Assembly (NCBI RefSeq): GCF_009914755.1
Contig: NC_060929.1
Direction: 5' to 3' (one strand)
Source: the human T2T-CHM13v2.0 reference genome, Homo sapiens
DNA: 64,000 nucleotides
The translations under genes were made by a program, and so were the position numbers. The notes beneath the pieces were generated by a model. It was not told the DNA's origin. It did not search any database and was given only the letters and a program-made list of their open reading frames with translations. This document shows positions 14,224 through 29,815 of this stretch, in pieces (the first letter of the stretch is position 1; each line of letters begins with the position of its first letter).

Positions 14224-14900
14224 TCTGAGACACAGTCGTGCTCTGTCTCCCAGGCTACAGTGAAGTGGTGCAATCTCGGCTCACTGCAACTTCTGCTTCC
14301 CGGGTTCAAGCTATTCTCCTGCGTCAGCCTCCCGGGTAGCTGGGACTACAGGCATGCACCACTACGCCCGACTAATTTTTGTATTTTTAGTAGAGATGGG
14401 TTTTGCCATGTTGGCCAGGCTGGTCTCGAACTCCTGGCCTCAAGTGATCCACTCACCTCGGCCTCCCAAAGTGCTGGGATTGCAGGCAGAAGCCACCATG
14501 CCCGGCCAACAGTTTTATAGTTTTATGTTTTCCATTTAGGTCTTTGATTCATTCTGAGTTAATTTTTGTATATGGTACAAAGGTAAGGGGGCAACTTGTA
14601 ATTTTTTCCCCAGCTGATTAGCCAATTGGCACAACACAATTTACTGAAAAAGAAGGTTTCTTTCTATCAATTTGTAACATTATTTTGTTCATATATCAAA
14701 TTCTAATGTATATGTATATATTTCTAGATGTTCTATTCTATTCCATTGAGCTATTTGTCTATTCTGTTGCCAGTACCATATGGATTTATTTAATGTAGGC
14801 TAATTTTATATTCTGAGTAAGCAGGCAAATGCCCCCTCACTATTATTCTTATTTAAAATTTTCTTGGTGACTTTTGCATATTCATTCTTCCTGAAAATTT
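13070..14900 (-). mobile_element. L1MB-like 3' portion, interrupted by an Alu
   Basis: Antisense 3'UTR and ORF2 C-terminal motifs (GCTGGATCATATGGTA, GCAAATATTTTCTCCCATTC). Confidence 0.85.
14170..14507 (-). mobile_element. AluSx/Sz with tail converted to a (TTA)n microsatellite
   Basis: Full dimer; about 14 TTA units at 14181-14223. Confidence 0.95.
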
Positions 14901-15302
14901 TACTATGAATTTTTAGACTACTCCTCAGCCACCCCATCAACACCTTCCTACCCATCACTCCCATAAAACTAACAAGCATAGAGATTAAAAGAACAGGATT
15001 GACGTTTTATAGTATTTGGATATTTCTCTCTATATATGTTTCTCCTGTAGTATAGCCCATTTCATATAATAACAACTTCATCTTTCTCTTTGCTACAGGC
15101 CAACAAATCCCAAACAAAACAAAAAAACAAATCTGGAGTCATCCTTGAGTGCCTTCATTCTTTCATACCCGATGTCTAACACATCAGAAAATTTTATTAG
15201 ATTCGTCCTTAAAAATGGTCATCATTTTTCACCCCCCGACAAGGTCCAAGCTCCCATTATATTATCCTTGGATTATTGTAATAGCCTTTACTTTAATAAC
15301 CT

Positions 15303-15430
15303 CTTTTTCTTTTTTAGAATTGCGATCTTGTTCTGTCACCCCAAGCTGGAATGCAGTGGGGCAAGCATAGTTCACTGCAGTCTTGAACTCCTGGGCTTAA
15401 ACAATCCTCCTACCTCAGTCTCCTGTGTAA
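15303..15430 (-). mobile_element. AluJ/FLAM-type fragment
   Basis: CACTGCAGTCTTGAACTCCTGGGCTTAAACAATCCTCC. Confidence 0.85.
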
Positions 15431-15439
15431 CAGTCTCTT

Positions 15440-16940
15440 TTAATATTATTATTATTATTATTATACTTTAAGTTCCGGGATACATGTGCAGAACATGAAG
15501 GTTTATTACGTAGGTATACACGTGCCATTGTGGTTTGTTGCACCCATCAACCCATCATCTACATTAGGTATTTCTCCGCATGCTATCCCTCCCCTAGCTC
15601 CCCACCCACCAATAGGCCCTGGTGTGTGATGTTCCCCTCACTGTGTCCATGTGTTCTCACTGTTCAACTCCCACTTATGAGTGAGAACATGCAGCGTTTG
15701 GTTTTCTGTCCCTGTGTTAGTTTGCCGAGAATGATGGTCTCCAGCTTCATCCATGTCCCAGCAAAGGACATAAACTCATCCTTTTTTATGGCTGTGTAGT
15801 ATTCCATGGTGTATATGTGCCACATTTTCTTTATCCAGTCTACTGTTGATGGGCATTTGGATTGGTTCTAAGTCTTTGATATTGTGAATAGTGCTGCAAT
15901 AAACATACACGTACATGTGTCTTTATAGTAGAATGATTTATAATCCTTTGGGTATATACCCAGGAATGGGATTGCTGGGCCAAATGGTATTTCTGGTTCT
16001 AGATCCTTGAGGAATTGCCACACTGTCTTCTACAATGTTTGAACTAATTTACACTCCCACCAACAGTGTAAAAGCATTCCTATTTCTCCACATTCTCTCC
16101 AGCATCTGTTGTTTCCTGACTTTTTAATGATCACCATTCTAACTGGCATGAGATGGTACCTCATTCTGGTTTCGGTTTGCACTTCTCTAATGACCAGTGA
16201 TAATGAGCATTTTTTCATATGTTTGTTGGCCACTTAAATGTCTTCTTTTAAGAAGTGTCTGTTCATATGCTTTGCCCACTTTTTGATGGGTTTTTTTTAA
16301 TTGTAAATTTGTTCAAGTTCCTTATAGATTCTGGATATTAGCTCTTTGTCAGATGGATAGACTGCAAAAATTTTCTCTCATTCTGTAGGTTGCCTGTTAA
16401 CTCTCATGATAGTTTCTTTTGCTGTGCAGAAGCTCTTTAGGTTAATTAGATCCCATTTGTCAATTTTGGCTTTTTTGCCATTAGTTTTGGTGTTTTAGTC
16501 ATGAAGTCTCTGCCCATGCTTATATCCTGAATGGTATTGCCTAAGTTTTCTTCTAGGGCTTTTATGATTTTACGTACTACGTTTAAGTCTTTAATACATC
16601 CTGAGTTAATTTTTGTATAAGGTGTAAGGAAGGGGTCCAGTTTCAGTTTTCTGCATATGGCTAGACAGTTTTCCTAACATCATTTATTAAATAGGGAATC
16701 CTTTCCCCATTTCTTGTTTTTGTCAGGTTTGTCAAAAATCACATGGTTGTAGATGTGTGGTGTTATTCCTGAGGCCTTTTTTCTGTCCTATTGGTCTATA
16801 TATCTGTTTCAGTACCAGTACCATGCTGTTTTGGTTACTGTAGCCTTGTAGTATAGTTTGAAGTCAGGCAGCATGATGCCTCCAGCTTTGTTCTTTTTGC
16901 TTAGGATTGTCTTGGTTATATGGACTCTTTTTTAGTTCCT
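15440..16940 (-). mobile_element. 5'-truncated L1PA7/8-like element
   Basis: Antisense 3'UTR (TATACTTTAAGTTCCGGGATACATGTGCAG) and ORF2 C-terminus (ORF 16030-16233); TSD-like TCCTGTGTAACAGTCTCTT / TCCTGTGTAATAGCCTCTT. Confidence 0.9.
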
Positions 16941-17627
16941 GTGTAATAGCCTCTTAAGTGATAATCTTGCATTAACTTCATCCCTGTAAAGTCTATTTTC
17001 ATTACAGCAGACAGGAAAAATCTTATTAAAATGTTAGTTCATGCATATCACCCTTCTACTCCAAACTTTCCAATAGTTCTCCATTTCACCTGGAGGAAAA
17101 GCTGATGTATTTAAGAATGGCTTCGTTTCTCTCTTTTCCCATTTCTACTTACTCTACTTCAGTAACATTGGTCTCCTTGCTATTTCTCTAATAGGACATA
17201 TACGCTTCTACCTGAGTGCCTTTATACTTGCTGTTTCCTTGGCCTGAAACACATTTCTCTCAGTTAACTGCATGGCTTGCTTTTTTACCTTCTTAATGTT
17301 TTTGTTCATTTACATTTCTGAGAACATCTCTGGCCCTTCTATCTAATATTGCTTCTCTGTCTCAATACTTCCTTATTCATCATTTTCTGTTTTCTTTTTC
17401 TCCATAGAATTCATCATTTTATAAAATTTCACACAATTTTCTTGTTTACTTTCTGTTTCCTTCCACTAGAATATAAACTCTGTAATAGCAAAGAAATTTA
17501 CTTATTTTGCTCACTGCTGTATCCTCAGTGCCTACAGTAGTACCTGCCACATAGTAGATGCTCAATAGATGCTCAATAAATAAAACTTAAATGAACCAAT
17601 GAACCAATATTGAATCTTCCCACCTTG

Positions 17628-17629
<2 letters not shown>

Positions 17630-17667
<38 letters not shown>
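17630..17667. repeat. (CA)n microsatellite
   Basis: About 19 perfect CA units. Confidence 0.98.
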
Positions 17668-17670
<3 letters not shown>

Positions 17671-18017
17671 AGTCCCTCTTTATCCACAGGGGATACGTTC
17701 CAAGACCCCCAGTAAATGCCTGAAACCACAGATAGTACTGAACCATATGTACAAATAACAAATGTAATGTTTTACCTCATACATACATACCAATGATAAA
17801 GTTTAATTTACAAATAAGGCATAGTCAGAGATTAACAACAATAACTCATAAAATAGAACAATTATAACAATATACTGTAATAAAAGTTATGTGAATGTGA
17901 TCTCTGTCTCTCAAAATATCTTATTGTACCCTACTCACCTATTTCTCATTGCAATTGACCACAGATAACTGAAACTCCAGAGAGCAAAACCATGGCAGAT
18001 AAAAGGAGAAAATGGTA
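17668..18017. mobile_element. MER44A (Tigger7-derived MITE)
   Basis: AGTCCCTCTTTATCCACAGGGGATACGTTCCAAGACCCCCAG start and characteristic AT-rich body. Confidence 0.85.
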
Positions 18018-21000
18018 CGTGTGTGTATATATACAAACACATATGCAAACTTGTTTTATTTTTTAATATGGCTTGGTGGTTTTCATCTTCGAGATATCCA
18101 CAAAATTGAATTTAATTTTTAAATTTAATTCCATAATTTATAGGTGAGATAGATTTATATTTATTGTTATGGAGAGATGCCAATGATATATTTTTATGAA
18201 AAAAAGAAATTCAGAACAGTATGTAGAACATGACTTCATTGTGATAAAAATAAAAATGTGTGCATGTATCTATGTTTCAGAGTAGACTTTCCACATCTCC
18301 CAACTAGATGTTGGGCATATACTGAAGATAAGGTAACAGAAGGAAATCTTGTAATTCAGGGAAGCAGCCAGAAGTTTTCTGAGCACAATGAAGCAGAGAT
18401 GGTATTCAAAGAGAAAACCAATTAGCAGGATAAATGCTTCAGATTCTTTTTAATACTTGAACCTCTGTCTCCTTTACACCATCCCTCCCCTCCCTGCTAG
18501 TCTCATCCAGAAGGGAAATCTGATCACTGACAACCCACCCCAGAGATTAAGATTAGGAACAGAGCTGGAAGAAACAGCAACAAGGAAAAGGAAGGAGAGG
18601 AAGGAAGGCTCAAGGGAGAGAATGGAGGCTCCCATGCCTGAACTAAATGTGAGTTGAATCCCTGTTCCCTGTGGAACTAGATAGGCTGGGAAAGACTTGA
18701 ACATTAAATAGATTAATCTCTCTTGTTTTTTTATGTATTCTAATTTTATGGTAATGTGGTCTCTGTTATATTGATTTACAGTATCTTTTGCATGTAATTT
18801 GAGGCTATATGTTGTCAATTTTTGGAATGTTTTATACATGCATAGGAGAATTGCTTTCTCTAATGTGTAGATACAAGATTTCATATACATACATGTTTGT
18901 TACATGACACTAGTTAATTGCATTATTTAAAAACTCTATATCCTTACTAGTTTTCTGTGTTGTAACCTATCAGTTTCTGAAAATGGAGGAGGACCTTTAA
19001 ACATTTTTTTTAACCTAGATACTCAAATTCAAGAAACAATGAATCCTAAAAAGACTAAATAAAAAGATATCTACATCTAGAAAGGACTCAGTGAAACTTC
19101 AGAACATTTAAAATACTGTATTTCTTACTCATTTTTTTTTGTTTGTTTATTGTATGTCTCCCACTAGAATTTTAAGTCCCATAAGAGCAGGCAGGAAATT
19201 CTGCCTATTTTGTTCATAGTACCTGGCACATAGCAGGCACTCTACAAATATTTGCTGAAGTAATGGATTCAGTTCTTCCCCTGCTTCATTCAGGGTTCAG
19301 TTTTCTTCTTACTGAAGTTCATACTTCAATCCCTCTTTTAGGGAGAGTCTTGGGTGGTAAATTTTCTTAGTCCTCACAACTAGAAGTTTCTATTTTGTTT
19401 TTACTCTTCAATGAGAGTTTAGCTGGGTCAAGTCCTATATAATGAGTTATTTTTTTTTCTTCAGCAGTTTGAATCTATTACTTAAAGAATTTTTTTCTGG
19501 CTTTTATTGTTTTCGAGAATTCGGTTGTGAGTCTGATATTCTTTGGAAGATAACCAGTCTCCTATCTCTTGGAATTTTTTTGTTTAATTAAATATTTTTT
19601 CCTTTGAGATAATTGTGGGTTCATAAGCACTTGAAAGAAATAATACACAGAGAACACTTGTATCCTTTTCCCAACTTATCTCAATAGTAACTTCTTGCAA
19701 AACTATAATATACTATCACAACCAAATATTGACATTGATACAATAAAGACAGAGAACATTTCCATCCCCACAAGGATCCCTATGCTGCCCTTTTACATCT
19801 ACTTTCCTCTCACTTAAACCCCCTCCTTAAGCCTTGGCAACTACTAATCTGTTCTCCAATCCTATAATTTTGTCTTTGCAAGAATGTTATATAAATGGAA
19901 TTGAGAGATACAATATACAAACTGAGACAATGAATATGCAATAATAATAGAACTCTGACTCATAACCTCTGTAGCAACTTGCCCAGAAGTCAAACCCTAA
20001 CCTCTGCAGCAGTTGGCCCAGGTGGTCAGCATTTGGTCAATGATGGAGTTTCCTTATTTTTTGTTCCTACTTCCAATTTAGGACAAATCAAGGAAAACTA
20101 AATTCTCCCCAAAGTAACCATATAAAATACTTCACTTCTAACCAGTTCTTACTTTCATTATTTTTTTCTTCCTCCTTGCTTTGAGCTTATTTGCTCTTCT
20201 TTTGCTGGGTTCTTCAGGTAGGAACTTAAATTACTGATTTGAGATATTTTCTTCTTTCTAATCTATACATTTAGTGCTATAAATTTGCTTTTCATTTGTT
20301 GCCAGGTCCCACAATTTTTGATATGTTGTGTTTTTATTTTCATTCCATTTCATATATTTATTTTCCTCAAGACTTCCTTTTTGACCCATTCATGAAGTAT
20401 GTGATTTACTTCTCAAGTATTAGGAGATTTTTCTGTTATTGATTTCTAATGTAACTCCATTTTGGCCAGAGAACACCCTCCATATGATTTTAATTCTTTA
20501 AAATTAGATGACGTTTGATTTATAGTCCAGGTTATGGTCTAGGTCCCACAGGCACTTGAAAAGAATGTGCATTCTGCTGTTGTTGAGTGTAGGGTTCTAT
20601 ACATGTCAATTAGATCCTGTCGGTTGATGGTATTATTGCATTCTTCCACATCCTTGATGTTCTCTGTCTAGTTGTCCTATCAATTGTTAAAAAGGGGTTG
20701 TCGAAGTCTCCAACTATAATTATAGATTTGTCTATTTCTCCTTTCAATTATATGAGTTTTGCCTAACATATTTTGCAGCTCTGTTGTGTGGTACATATGC
20801 ACTTAGGATTGTTATGTCCTTTTGGTGTGTTGATTCTTTTATCATTATATAATGTCCTTCTCTGTCTCTTTAAATTTATTTGCTTTAGAGTCTACTTTAT
20901 CTGATGTTAATGTAGCCACTTCTGCTTTCTTCTGATCAGTGTTTGTATATCTTTTTCCATCCTTTTACTTTAACTTGTCTATATTCTTATATTTGAAGTG

Positions 21001-21116
21001 AGTTTCTTATAGAGAGCATATTGTTAGCTTACGTTTTCTCAATTAACTCTGCTAATTTCTGTCCTTTAATTGGTGTATGTGGACTATTTAGATTCAATTA
21101 CATTTTTATATATTAG

Positions 21117-21550
<434 letters not shown>

Positions 21551-23066
21551 AGAGCGTTTCTTTGTATACCTTTTTAAACACTGATTTCTCTAGATATTAC
21601 ATTATATAAACAAAAGTTATCACACTCTCCTGGGGGCGTCATTTTCCCAGTTCTAGTAAACTACAGAAATCTTACCTCCCTTTACACTAGTTTATTGTCC
21701 CCCATTTATAACTATTTTAAACTTCTCTTCTACATAAATTTAGAACCTCATCAGACATTGTCATAATTTTTGCTTCAATTGTTAAATATAATTTAGAGAA
21801 CACAACAGAAAAAAGAAAATCTGTTGTATTTACCCACATTTTTGTATATTGTCTTTTTTCTTCCTTCCTCATAAGGTAAGATTTCTTCTTTTATAATTTT
21901 TTTTCTCTTTAGAGGATTTCTTTTAATCATTCCTTTAGGGTTGATTGGCTGATAACAAATTGTCTTCTTTTCCAACATCTGAAAATGTCTTAATTTTCCC
22001 TTTATTCTTTCTAAACATTTTTATTATAAATTAATAATTTATAACTAAATGTATTTATGTGGTACAAAGTAATATTATGATTTATGAACACAATATAGAA
22101 CAATTAAATCAAATTAGTTAACATATCCATCCCCTCAAATACTTGTCATTTTCATAATGAGGACATTTGAAATTTACTCTCTTGGCAATTTTGAAATTTA
22201 CAATACATTATTAACTATATTAAACATGCAGTGCAATAGATCTCAGAAAAAGACCACCACCCAACTTATTTCTCTTGTTTACTGAGACTTTGTATGCTCT
22301 GACTATCATCTTCTCATTCCTCCAACCTCCCACGGTCTGGTAACCATCATTCTACTCTCTGCTTCTATGGGTTTGATCATCTTAGATTCCACATGTAAGT
22401 GAGAACATGTATTTTTCTGTGCCTGCCTTATTTGACTTAGCATAATGTTCTCCAGTTCCATCTATGTTGTCACAAATGATACTTTTCTTCTTTTTATAGA
22501 CTAAATAGTATTCCATGATGTATATATGCCATATTTTCTTTATCCATTCATCTGTTGATGGACACTTAGACTGATTCCATAACTTGGCTATTGTGAATAG
22601 TGTGGTAATAAACATGGGACTGCAGACATCTCTTTGACAAACTGATTTTAATGTCTTTGTGAATATCCAGAAGTGGGATTGCTGAATCATATGGTAGTTC
22701 TGTTTTTAACTTTTAGAGGAAGCTTCATACTGTTTTCCATAAATTTACGTTTCCACCAGCAGTGTACAAGGGTTCCTGTTTCTCCACATTCTCACCAACA
22801 CTTATCTTTGGCTTTTTTTTTTAATAAAAGTAATTCTGACAGGTGTGAGAGGATATTTCTTGTGGCTTTAATTTGCATTTTCCCAGTGATTACAAATGTT
22901 GAGCATTTTTCATATATCTGCTGACTATTTGTATTACATGCCTTCTTTTGAAAAATGTCTATTCAGGTCCCTTGCTCCTTGTAAAATTCTGTTCTTTGTT
23001 TTCTTTCTATTGAGTTGTTTCAATTTCTTATATATTTGGGATATTAACCCTTTATCAGATGTATAG

Positions 23067-23388
<322 letters not shown>

Positions 23389-24019
23389 TTAGTTTGCAAA
23401 TATTTTCTTCTCATCCATAGGTTGTCTCTTTACATGGTTAGTTGTTTCCTTTACTGTGCAGAAGCTTTTTAAGTCTAATATAATCCAATCTGTTTATTTT
23501 TGCTTTTGTTATCTGTGTTTTTGGGGTCAAATTCAAAAAATTATTGCCTAAACCAATGTCATGTAGTTTTTCTCCTATAATTTCTTCTAGCGGCTTTGCA
23601 CTTTCTGTTCTTATGTTTAAGTCTTTAATTCACTTTGAGTCAACACCATAAAGGCCATATAGGATAAGCCCACAGCTAACATTATACTCAAAAATAAAAG
23701 ATGAAAAGTCTTCCCTCTAAGATCTTGAACAAGACAAACATGTCCACTCTCACCACTTATTATTCAATGTAGTATTGAAAGTCCTTTGTCAGAGCAATTA
23801 GGCAAGAGAAACAAGAAAAGGCATTTAAATAGAAAAAGAAGAAGTAAAATTGTCACTGTTTGCTGATGACATAATTTTATATAAAAATCCTAAGACTCCT
23901 TCAAAAAACTGTTAAACTAATTAAAAAATACACTAAAGTTGTGGGATACAAAATCACAAAAATTGGTATCATTTCTATACAAAAACAACAAACTATACAA
24001 AAAAGAAATCAAGAGAACA

Positions 24020-27000
24020 GGAAAAGGTAGAGCAAGATGGCATAATAGAACCCTCTGACAAGTATCCCCCAACAAGAACATCAAATTGAATAATAATTCA
24101 TGTAAGACAACACCTTCACAAGAACTAAAGAAATCAGGTGAGAGATCATACTACCTGATTTTACCATAATAACAAGAAGAGGCACATTGGAGAGGGGAGG
24201 AAGGACAGTCCCACATTGCCTGTACACTGCTCCCCCAAACTTGGGCAGTACAGCACAGTGCAGAGAAAGAATCTATCAGTTTGGGAGAGAGAGAGAAAAG
24301 TGTGTGTGAGACTTTGCATTGGAACTTAGTACCAACTTGCCACAGAAAAATACAACATGGAATAGAAACCTGCAGCCCTTGATTCCAGGCCAATGTCCAC
24401 AGAGGGTGTACTTAGACCTATCCCTGGCTAAAATGGAATCTGCTGCTGCAGCTGGAAGAAACTGAGCCCTGAAACACTTCACCATTGGCTGACTCAAGTG
24501 TCCTCAGGTCCTGAATAAATTGCAGCGGAAGGCAAATTGGAAATTCAAAATAGCTATTTTGAAGATGCTCAACAAATTTCAGTAAAACACAGAGAAGCAA
24601 TTCAGAAATTTATCAGAGAAATTTATCAAAGATATTGAAGTATTAATAAAAAAACAGAAATCCTGGAGTAAAAAAATATGGATGAATTGAAAAGTACAGT
24701 AGAGGGTCTCAATAGCAGAACTGATTAAGCAGAAGAAATAATCAGTGAGCTTGAAGACAGGCTATTTGAAAATACACAGTCAGAGAGGGAAAAGCAAAAA
24801 GAATGCAAAAGGACAAAGAACACTTATGAGCTATATAAGATAGTATCAAAATAGCAAATGTAAGAGTCATTGCCCTTAAAGTCGGAGTAGAAAAAGAGAA
24901 ATGGGTGGAAAGCTTATTTAAAGAAATAATAACAAAAAACTTTTCAAAAGAGAAATATATAAATAGGTAGGGGAAGCCCAAAGACCACCAAGTAGATACA
25001 ACTCAAACAAGACTATCTTAAGGCATATAATAAACTCTCAAATGTCAAAAACAAAGGGAGGATCCTGAAAGCAGCAAGAGAAAAGAAGAAAACAACAGAT
25101 AAAGGAGCTCCAATATGTCTGGCAGCAGGTTACACAGCAAAAACCTTATAGTCCAGAAGGGAGTGAAATGATATATTCAAAATGATTTAGAAAAGCCCAA
25201 CAACTGAGAATACTATATCTGGCAAAGCTATCCTTAAAACATGAGAGAGATGTAGACTTTCTCAGACAAACAAAAGTTTAAAGACCTCATTACTACCAGA
25301 CCTGACTTATAATAAATACTAAGGTGGGATCTTCAATCTGAAGGAAAAAGACACATGTGCAACAAGACACATGTGCAACAAGAAAACATCTGAAGAAATA
25401 AAATCCACTGACAAAAGTATATACTGTAACCACCCATATCTTTAGTGTAAGTACCAAAAGATAAAACTACTAAAAATAATAATTACAATGATTTGTTAAA
25501 AGATAAGCAATATAAAAAGATGTAAACTGAAATATCCAAAAGACAAAATGTAGGGATAAGATGAGTTAAAGAGTTTTATTTTTTGTTTCTTTTATTGTCT
25601 TTGCAATTAAAGTCAGGTTATCATCAGTTTAAAATAGCTTATTATAGCTATACATTTTTTTAAGCCTCATGGTGACTACAAAGCAAAATCTATAATGGAT
25701 AAACTAAAAATAAAAAGCAAGTATTTAAAACATACTACCAGACAAAATAAACCCAAAAGAAGACAGTAAGAGAGGAATAAAGGAATAGAGGAGTTATAAA
25801 ACAATCAGAAATCAACAAAATGGCAGTAGTAAGTTCTTACTACTATTTATAATAACCTTGAATATATATGGACTACATTCTCTAGCTGAAAGACATAGAG
25901 TCACTGAATAGATAAGAAACCCAACTATATGTTGCCTACAAGAAACTCATGTCACTTATAAAGACATGCATAGACTAAAAGTGAAAGGATGGAAAAAGAT
26001 ACACCAAGCAAGTGGAAACCAAAGAGGGCAGGAGTAGCTATACTTATATCAGATAAAATAGACTTTAAGTAAAAAATAATTTTAAGAGACAAAATGCTAC
26101 TATGTATTGATGAAAGATTCAATACAGCCGGAGGATATAACAGTTGTAAATATATATGCACCCAACACTAGAGTACCTAATTATATAAAGCAAATATTAA
26201 CAGACCTAAAGGAAGAAATTGACTGCAATACAATAATAGTAGGAGAGTTCAACACCCAACTTCAGCAATGAACAAATCATCTAGACCAAAAATCAACAAA
26301 GAAATATTGGAATTAAACGACAGTCTAGACCAAATAGACTTAACAGATATTATAAAACATACCACTAAAAAGCTGTAGAATACACATTCTTTTCAACAGC
26401 ACATGGAACATTGTCTAAGATAGAATGTATTTTAGGCCACAACACAAGTCTTCACAAATGTTACAAAATTGAAATCATATCAAGTATCCTTTCTGATCAC
26501 AGTGCAATAACACTAGAACAATAACAAGAAGAAATTTGGAAATGGTTCAAATATATAGAAATTAAACAACTTGCTCATGAAAAACTAATGGGTCAATGAA
26601 GAAAGTAAGAAGGAAATTTAAAAATTTCTTGGGGCAAATGAAAATGGAAACAAAATATACCAAAACCTATGGGATACAGTAAAAACAGTTTGGAAAGAGA
26701 AGTCATTGTAATAAATGCCTACATCAAAATATTAAAAAGATCTGAAATAAACAACCTAACATTATACCTCAAGGAACTAGAAAAATAAGAACAATATAAA
26801 CCCAGAATAAGTAGAAAGAAAGAAATAATAAAGATCAGAGCAGAAATAAATGAAATAGAGACAAAAAATTTACAAAAGATCAACAAAACAAAAAGATGGT
26901 TTTGAAAAGACAGACAAAACGAATAATCCTTTAGTTAGGCTAATAAAGACAAAACTCAAATAAATAAAAACAGAAATGAAAAAGATGACATTATAACTGA

Positions 27001-29815
27001 TGCCACAGAAATACAAAGGATCATAAGAAACTACTATGAACAACTACACGTAAATAAATTGGTAAACCTAGAAGAGAGTAATAAATTCATGGACATGTAC
27101 AACTTACCAAAATTGGATCATGAAGAAATAGAAAAACTGAACAGACCAATAATGAGCAATGAGATAGGCACAGTAATAAAAAGTCTCCCATCAAAGAAAA
27201 GTCCAGGAATGGATGGCTTCACTGTTGAATTCTACCAAACATTTAAAGAAGAACAAATATCAATTCTACTTAAACTCTTCCAAAAAGCTAAAGTGAACCG
27301 AATAGTTCCATATTCATTCTACAAGGCCAGCATTACTGATACCAAAACCAGACAAGGACACAACAAAAAAGAAAACTACATACCAATATCTCTGATGAAC
27401 TTAGATGCAAAATCCTCAACAAAATACTAGCAAAACTAATTCAACAACACATTAGAAAGATCATTTATTATGATCAAATAGGATTCATTCCAGGGATGCA
27501 AGGATGGTTCAACATATGAAAATCAATAAGTATGATGCATCACATTAACAGAATAAAAAACAAAGACTATGTGATCATTTCAGTAGATGCTGAAAAAGCC
27601 TTCAATAAAATTCAACATCTATTCATGATAAGAACTTTTGACAAACTGAGTATAAAGGAACATACCTCGATACAATAAAGGCCTTACATGACAAAACCAG
27701 AGCTAACATTATATGGAATAGGCAAAAGTTGAAAGGTTTTTCTCTAAGATCTAGAACAACACAAGAATACCCACGTTTACCACTTTATTTGACATAGTAC
27801 TGAATATTCTAGCCAAAGCAAGTAGGCAAGAGAAAGAAACAAAGGGCACCCAAATTTTAAAAAGTGGAAGTCATATTGTCCCTGTTTGCAGATGACATGA
27901 CCATATACATAGAAAATCCTAAAGACTCCACTAAAAAACTATTAGAATTAATAACTGAGTATAGTAAAGTTGCAGGATACAAAATCAACACAAAAATCAG
28001 TAGCATTTCTATATGCTAATAATGAACTATCTGAAAAAGAAATCAAGAAAGCAATTCTATTACAATAGCTACAGAAATGCTAGACATAATAACCAAGGAG
28101 GTGAAATATCTCTACAATTAAAACCATAAAACATTAATGAAAGAAGCTGAAAAAGACAAATAAATGAAAAGACATCCTGTGTTCATGGATTGGAAGTATT
28201 AATATTGTTAAAATGTCCATATTATCCAAAGTAATCTTCAAATTCAGTGCAATTTCTGTCAAAATACCAATGATATTCTTCTCATAAATAGAAAAACAAT
28301 CTTAAAATTCATGTGGAAGTGCAAAAGACCCTGAATTACCAAATAAATTTTGAGCAAAAGCAACAAAGCTGCAAGCATTACACTACCTGACTTCAAAATA
28401 TACTATAAAGCTATAGTAACCAAAACAGCATGGTACTTATAGAAAAACAGACCAATGGAACAAAATAGAAAGCCCAGAAAGAAATCCATGCACTTTTAAC
28501 CAACTGTTTTTTGCCAAAGGTGGCAAGAATGCACACTGAGAAAAAACAGTCCCAATAAATGGTGGTGGAAAAACTAGATAGTCACATGAAGAAGAATGAA
28601 ACTAGGTACTTATTTTTCACTATAAACAAAAATGAACTCTAAATAAATTAAGACAAATACAAGGCTTAAAACTATGAAACTATTAGTAGAAAATATAGGG
28701 GAAATGCTTCATGAAATTGGAGTAGGCAAAGATTTTTCGAATAAGACTGCAAAAGCACAGAAACAAAACCAAAAATAGACAAATGGGATAATATCAAACT
28801 AAAAAACTTCTTTACAGATAAGGAAACAATCAACCGAGTGAAGAGTAAAATATGGAGGGGTTGTTGCAAACTATGCATCTGACAATGGATTATTATTCAG
28901 AATATATAAGAAACTCAATGATTCAATAGCAAAAAAAGAAAGAACAAAAACTAAATAATAGGATTAAAAATAGGCAAAAAACATGAATAGACATTTCTCA
29001 AAAGAAGGTATACGAATGGCCAACAGGTATATGAAAAAATCTTGAACATCGTTAATCATCAAGAGAATGCAAATCAAAGCCACAATGAGATGTCACCTCA
29101 ACCCAGTTAGAATGAATATCATTAAAAAGATAAAAAAAACACAAATGCTTGTGAAGATACAGACAAAAGGGAATTCTTGTACACTCTTCGTAGGAATGTA
29201 AATTAGTATAGCCATTATGGAAAGCAGTATGGAGATTTCTCAAAAAATTAAAAATAGAGCTACCATATGATCCAGGAATGCTATTACTGGGTACATATAC
29301 AAAGGAAATGAAATCAGTATGTTGAAGAGACATCTGCACTTCCATGTTTATTGCAGCACTATTCATAATAGCCAAGATAGGAAATCAACCTATGTACCCA
29401 TCTACAGATAAATGTATAAATCTATGTGGAATCTAAAAAAGTTGATTTCATAGAAGTAGAGAGTAGAATAGTGATTACCAGAGGCTAGGGATGGGAGGCG
29501 GGAGAGGAGAACCAGGAATGGTTGGCCAATAGGTACAACATTACATTAGGCAGAAATAATAAGTTCTGGTCATATATTACATAGTAGGGTGACTTTAGCA
29601 AATAACAATGTAGTGTATATTTCAAGATAGCTAGAAAAGAAGATTTTGAATGTTGTCACCACAAAGAAATGAAAAATGTTTAAAGTAATGGATATAATAC
29701 TTTACACCAACTCAATTATTATACCATATACACAAGCAATGAAACATCAACTTGTACTCCCTAAATATGTACAATTATTGTTTCAATTATAAATTCTAAA
29801 ATTAATTAATCAAAG
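24020..29815 (+). mobile_element. Near full-length, internally deleted L1MA (L1MA5-7-like)
   Basis: 5' end GAGCAAGATGGC, ORF1 remnant, ORF2 EN/RT remnants (CCCTGTTTGCAGATGACATG at about 27880), L1MA 3'UTR; perfect 17-bp TSD AAGAAATCAAGAGAACA at 24003-24019 and 29816-29832. Confidence 0.92.

Larger units (their letters stand above)
15050..17600 (+). mobile_element. L2 remnant (15050-15290 and 16950-17600) split by an Alu fragment and an L1PA
   Basis: GGAGTCATCCTTGA ... 3' end TACCTGCCACATAGTAGATGCTCAATAAATA. Confidence 0.8.

Noticed and set aside
14029-14520. 163-aa ORF with poly-Ile
   Set aside because: Antisense L1 + (TTA)n + antisense Alu read-through
25349-25383. 16-bp tandem duplication (similar ones at about 1719, 30828 and 33972)
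   Set aside because: Ordinary slippage duplications
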